A stretch of 62,940 nt of DNA, filler included, from Licmophora abbreviata (Eukaryota), in NCBI GenBank assembly GCA_900291995.1. It is 16 parts of 16 records of this genome, joined end to end, with 100 filler letters (N's around TTAATTAATTAA, not from the genome) between each part and the next. Parts side by side here need not be neighbours in the genome. Positions count along the whole stretch, not along the records: positions 54,669 to 59,600 come from OLMU01002063.1; positions 59,701 to 61,121 come from OLMU01002064.1; positions 61,222 to 62,940 come from OLMU01002066.1; 13 more parts are not named here. One strand, given 5' to 3'. Under the pieces are notes generated by a model. That model was not told the origin of the DNA, did not search any database, and was given only the letters and a program-made list of their open reading frames with translations. Each line of letters starts with the position of its first letter. Position 1 is the stretch's first letter. Positions 58,362 to 62,940 of the stretch are shown one piece after another. The translations under genes were made by a program, and so were the position numbers.

Positions 58362-59807
58362 CTATAGTCGGCTTGTAGCTGGTGGAGGATGCATGGAAAG
58401 AATGGTCTGGGTCAGCTCCATGACGGTCGGGAGCAGCGAAGCTACCCTGCTGGCAATGGCGCTACTCGCAACTCCAGCTTTTGCTCGCTGAGCCACTCCT
58501 TGCACAATGACACAGTTCTTGAAAAAGAGAAACGCCAAGTAGAATCCTCTCCAATCCATGGCGACCTCTTGAGAGATGAATGGGTTGAGCTCACAGTACT
58601 GTTTCACGAGCTGTCGCCAAGTCGGAATGCCCGTGCCAGTCAATGTCATGCCTAGAGGCGGAGACAACAAGACGGTTGGTTAGAGCACGAGCCTCTCTTC
58701 TTTCATCGACATATTATCCAATTAGTCCTCACCTGCTAAACCAGCAATACCCACATCTTGCTGTCGTGGCATAAAGTATACCATGCTCAAGTTGGCCAGA
58801 TCGCATAGAGGATCTCCAATTGTACTCAACTCCCAATCAAGGACGGCAATGACTTTCGCTTTGGTGGGATGAAACACCATATTGTCTACCTTGAAATCCC
58901 CGTGAAGCAACGATACGTAGTCGGGACACTGCGGTGCAACGCGGGCGAGCTGCGAAGCAATCATGGGGAACTCGTCTGGTACAGCGCTCCCCAATTCCGA
59001 TTGCTTCTTGCTGACTACCAAGAGCCGTTCAATCTGGCGTTTCACAAAGTTCCCTTCCGTACCGTATCCCTCTAAACCAACCTGGCGATAGTCTACTCGA
59101 TGTAAGTTGGACAAAGTCCGTACAATGTCGCGATACGCATCAGCTCTCTGAGCCGCCGTCATTCCAGGAAGAGACGGGTCAGTAAAGATGCGTCCTTTGA
59201 CAAACTCCATGAGATAAAACTCAGCTCCCAAAACACTCTTGTCCTTGCAGTAGGCATAAACTCGCGGTACCGGCACTTGGCGACTTCTCAGATGCGCCTG
59301 TCGATTGTGTCGTTCCAGTGCCTTCAAAACGCGAAACTCGCGGTGCAATGCATGAGCCGAGGCGTGGGCCACTTTGGAAGGCTTCTTGCGTAGGACTAGA
59401 TTCAAGGTATCCTCATCTTGGAACTGAAGCTGTATTCTATATGTAGGATTCGACTGTCCGAATCCAAACTGTCGCACCAGCATGTGCTGCCGCAGCGCGG
59501 GTGCATCAACAAGCGAGCTTTGGTTTACTGTGTCTGAAAAGAGCGACCGAATTGCGGGCTGTCTCGCCATCCATTCTGCCAGCGATTTGACATCTAAAGT
59601 NNNNNNNNNNNNNNNNNNNNNNNNNNNNNNNNNNNNNNNNNNNNTTAATTAATTAANNNNNNNNNNNNNNNNNNNNNNNNNNNNNNNNNNNNNNNNNNNN
59701 GAAAAGAGCGACCGAATTGCGGGCTGTCTCGCCATCCATTCTGCCAGCGATTTGACATCTAAAGTTTGTCGCACCGGAGTAGTAGCCTGGCCCTGATCTC
59801 CTGACAT
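58362..59807 (-). CDS. Stand-alone ACAD10/ACAD11-type phosphotransferase (APH) with C-terminal PTS1; intron 58652-58732; spans a gap with overlapping flanks
   Basis: [60 protein letters not shown]; ends SRL*. Confidence 0.9.
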
Positions 59808-60176
59808 CCTACAGAAAGAACGAGTCGCGTCGAAGATGGAAAGATTGACGTTGACACGTCGATGTGCTCTCACATCATCGTCGTCGCGGTGGGTCTCGCG
59901 AAGGCGGCGTATGTCAAGCGCTCCCTGATCGAACAAGCCATCAGCAGAGCTCGCATCTGAACTGCCGTATGGCGATAACAGAGCTTTCAATCTGCAGTGG
60001 GTGGCCCGATGTTTCCGATCAAACGCGGCCATTTGAAGCTCGTAAGCAGGTCTATGATAGTTGAGCGGTCATCCGGGTCAGCTACAGAGCAACACCTTTC
60101 AAGTAAGAAGTCTCCAGTGCCTCAATAGCTGGCGTTACCTGACCAAACCTAGTATGAAGGCAGTCCTTACATACTA

Positions 60177-61024
60177 CTACTCTCCCTCAATCCCAAGAGC
60201 TCGAGTGGTCTGCTCTTTCAAAGCAGTACGTACTTCATCCCTTCTTTCATGTGCCAATTTGTAAGCAATGTCCAGATCCATCGCCGCTTGCTGATTCGAC
60301 TCGACCAACTCTTCAATTCGCTTCATTTGTTGCGTCCGCGTCCGATGCATCCCCGGTAACGCCGCCATCCGTTCATCGATCTCGGCACTTTTCTGTAAGA
60401 CAGCCGATGCTAATCTCGCAACCAATTCAGTGTCCTTTTCCATTTCCATCTTTGCATGAAGTCGAATGAGATCTTCTCTCCGCTGGGGTAGGACTCCTCC
60501 GCTGGCCTTTTTCACTAGCTCCAACGTCTTTTCGTCTCCGTGTCGATACGAATGATAAAAATCATCAAAGTCTGCGTCCGATGTTTCAGTCGTCGATGTG
60601 GAAGTTGCATTGGTACTGGAAGCAGTCAAGTTTCCCGATTCTGGTGCTACCGCGTCTCGCAATCCCCGTAGCGCCTCAAACATGGCCAGAGATAGTCTGT
60701 GAAGCAATGAAACAGAGGTGCGGTGGTGAATCGAAGATAGTATTTTCATGATACGAAAGGACATAACACAATTCACGCTGAGCCTACCTATCTGTGAAAG
60801 AGAGTGGAGAGAAACATCGATGGTTCCAAGAACGTGAGCTAAGGGTCACAATCTCCACGAAGTGCAGTAACGAGACCGAATCAAAGCATCATCTCACCGA
60901 TGCTGTCCTGTACAGCAGTAATCTCGTCAATTTTTGGAGGCGATACATTCTGTTCAATTGCCCCACTAGTATCAATGCGCAGTGCAGAGGTATTATCGGA
61001 TGGGGACGACTGAGGCGTTGTCAT
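60177..61024 (-). CDS. MED21: Mediator subunit 21; exons 61024-60898, 60791-60788 (4 nt), 60696-60177
   Basis: DEITAVQDSIDRLSLAMF and LASAVLQKSAEIDERMAALPG....QMKRIEELVESN match the Med21 pattern. Confidence 0.78.
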
Positions 61025-61221
61025 GGTGGGTATTACTTTCTGGTTGTGATGTGGGATGCAGTGGTGTGTTTGGATCGCGGTGCTGCGGCGTCGCTGACAC
61101 GCGGTCAGACGTGCCACACTGNNNNNNNNNNNNNNNNNNNNNNNNNNNNNNNNNNNNNNNNNNNNTTAATTAATTAANNNNNNNNNNNNNNNNNNNNNNN
61201 NNNNNNNNNNNNNNNNNNNNN

Positions 61222-61988
61222 GGTTGGCCTTGGGGTTCTGGGGAGCCTCGGTAAGAAGGACAGGGTGGGCCTCGGGGGCAACACGGAGTTCGTTGTAGAA
61301 CGTGTGGTGCCAGATCTTCTCCATATCATCCCAATTGGTGACGATACCGTGCTCGATCGGGTACTTCAAGGTCAATACACCACGCTTGGCCTGGGCTTCG
61401 TCTCCGACGTAGGCATCACGCTGCTCCATTCCAACCATGATTCCAGGCTGACGGGCGCGTCCAATCAGCGACGGAAACACGGAGCGAGGGGCGTCGTCTC
61501 CGGCGAAACCGGCTGAACAAAGGCAACAAAAAAGGCATCGTGGGAGCGAGAACGACGAGAAAGTGAGCAGAGGTCAGTTTATGCGTTATCCATGAACATA
61601 AAAAACGAAATAATGATCGAAAAGTTTAGCCGTAGCAAGCCCAATAGCAACGACCAGAAGCGGCGAAAGATCCAGATACGGTCACCGCCATTGGAAACCA
61701 GAGCGAGGATCTTGATCTGAACTCCTCTCACAGTCTTTCTATCGAAAAGAGAGGAACCAAGATGCCCCACGAAATCGACAATGACTCAAGAACGGCTCGA
61801 TAATGGCGACAGAGTGACCCACGCTGGTACAACAAAGCACGAGTCAAGACTGAAAAGCGGGTCTTTTGTGTCCACCACAGCTCCTCAGTTCTTTTCTCTT
61901 CCCTCTTTTCTTCAGCACAGGACCCACCTTTGCACATTCCGGATCCATTGTCAATGACAAGGGCAGCGATTTCTTCTTCTTCCGCCAT
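61222..61988 (-). CDS. ACT: Actin, 5' part (rest lost in gap); intron 61513-61927
   Basis: [26 protein letters not shown]...[42 protein letters not shown]. Confidence 0.99.
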
Positions 61989-62563
61989 GGTTGCTTTGGG
62001 TCTCAATGCCAGCTGCTTCTTGCTTGGTGTTGTGAGCCGTCAGCGTGGTGCACCCTGGGACTGCGTACAAATTCTTCGTAGAAATCTACGAGCGGGGGCG
62101 GCCAATGATGCTACGTGGAAAATACGTAGATGTCGTAGTCAGACGTGCAAGCGCGCGATTTCTTTGGATGAGTACGGGAATGTACGTGATGTAGATACTG
62201 GTAACCGTTCTACTGAAGAAGATTCAAAACTGCTTTCTTGAAAGAGCACGCACATGAGGAGACGAGATTGGACTGACCAAACACGATCTCGGAGATGTTT
62301 CTCACCTCAGCTGTAGCCCATTCAGCTGGCTGTATCAAGGGCAGAATCTACAACAGAGCGTTCTTCGCTCCAGTGTCCAGCAAGATCCGAGAGACATTTT
62401 TCATACGAGTTCTTTATACAGGAAAATATTGGAATAGAGAAAATGGTGGATATCGGTTACCCGGATGCGAATCTTTTCCCGCTCCAAATCCGTTCGGAAA
62501 CATCAGTTCGACTTCGACCATGACGATGTCGACCAACCAAACCCTCCACTCTCAACTGCCACA

Positions 62564-62940
62564 ATGAAGATTCTCGAGTACGAGGACAGTCCATCCCTGG
62601 AAGATCAGTCGAGTAGGCAGAAAGTTGTTCCCATGCGCGAGTACGACTTGACGTTGGACGGAGAAACATCCAACACGCCACAACTTCTCCTCACCAGACG
62701 AACCTATCGATGGTGGTCACTGCGGTACAACCACTCGTGGCTCCCGATGCGCGTCATGAGAGATCTATTCCTTCCTGTTGGATATCCAGACTCGGTGCGG
62801 CCGGAGTACATGGTCTACCAAGTGTACGATTCTCTGCAAGGCTTGTGTTCTTATCTGAGAGGCGTCGTCAGTACTAGTGCGGTGTTGACAGCTGCGGGTG
62901 TCGGCAATGCCGAAGCGACCGCCATGAGTGCCGCCATGGT
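62564..62940 (+). CDS. RUS1/C16orf58 (DUF647, root-UVB-sensitive) family protein, 5' part
   Basis: Translated by hand (absent from the ORF track): LFLPVGYPDSVRPEY..YQVYDSLQGLCSYLRGVVST.AVL.AAGVG. Confidence 0.9.
   Translation, partial: MKILEYEDSPSLEDQSSRQKVVPMREYDLTLDGETSNTPQLLLTRRTYRWWSLRYNHSWLPMRVMRDLFLPVGYPDSVRPEYMVYQVYDSLQGLCSYLRGVVSTSAVLTAAGVGNAEATAMSAAM

Overview
Gene-dense (about 35 genes, roughly 50% GC by eye) eukaryotic nuclear scaffold, most likely from a diatom. Support: the diatom-type actin N-terminus, an ANA-FTP bipartite plastid-targeting motif and short GT-AG introns, mostly 75-130 nt. The window is 16 contigs joined by 15 artificial 100-nt spacers (N44-TTAATTAATTAA-N44), and several genes carry apparent 1-nt indels that are probably sequencing errors. 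Most genes are housekeeping: Ubc6-type E2, PXMP4, ORC3, DYRK1, ASCC2, POT1, EMC6, FCF1, TCF25, RPN12, NMD3, TRMO, MED21, actin and RUS1. Best leads: (1) a multi-pass membrane protein whose C-terminus follows the motif spacing of the animal vitamin-A receptor STRA6; (2) on either side of it, two intronless bacterial-like genes, a stand-alone SelD-associated flavin oxidoreductase and an MddA/nurim-like thiol methyltransferase, possibly a sulfur/selenium methylation locus; (3) a soluble protein made only of a P-type ATPase actuator domain; (4) a 4-nt microexon needed to make MED21; (5) a candidate periplastid (SELMA-type) Ubc6; (6) a ~220-nt intergenic fold-back. No rRNA, tRNA, CRISPR array or recognisable transposon was seen. 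All family calls are motif recognition from memory, not database searches.
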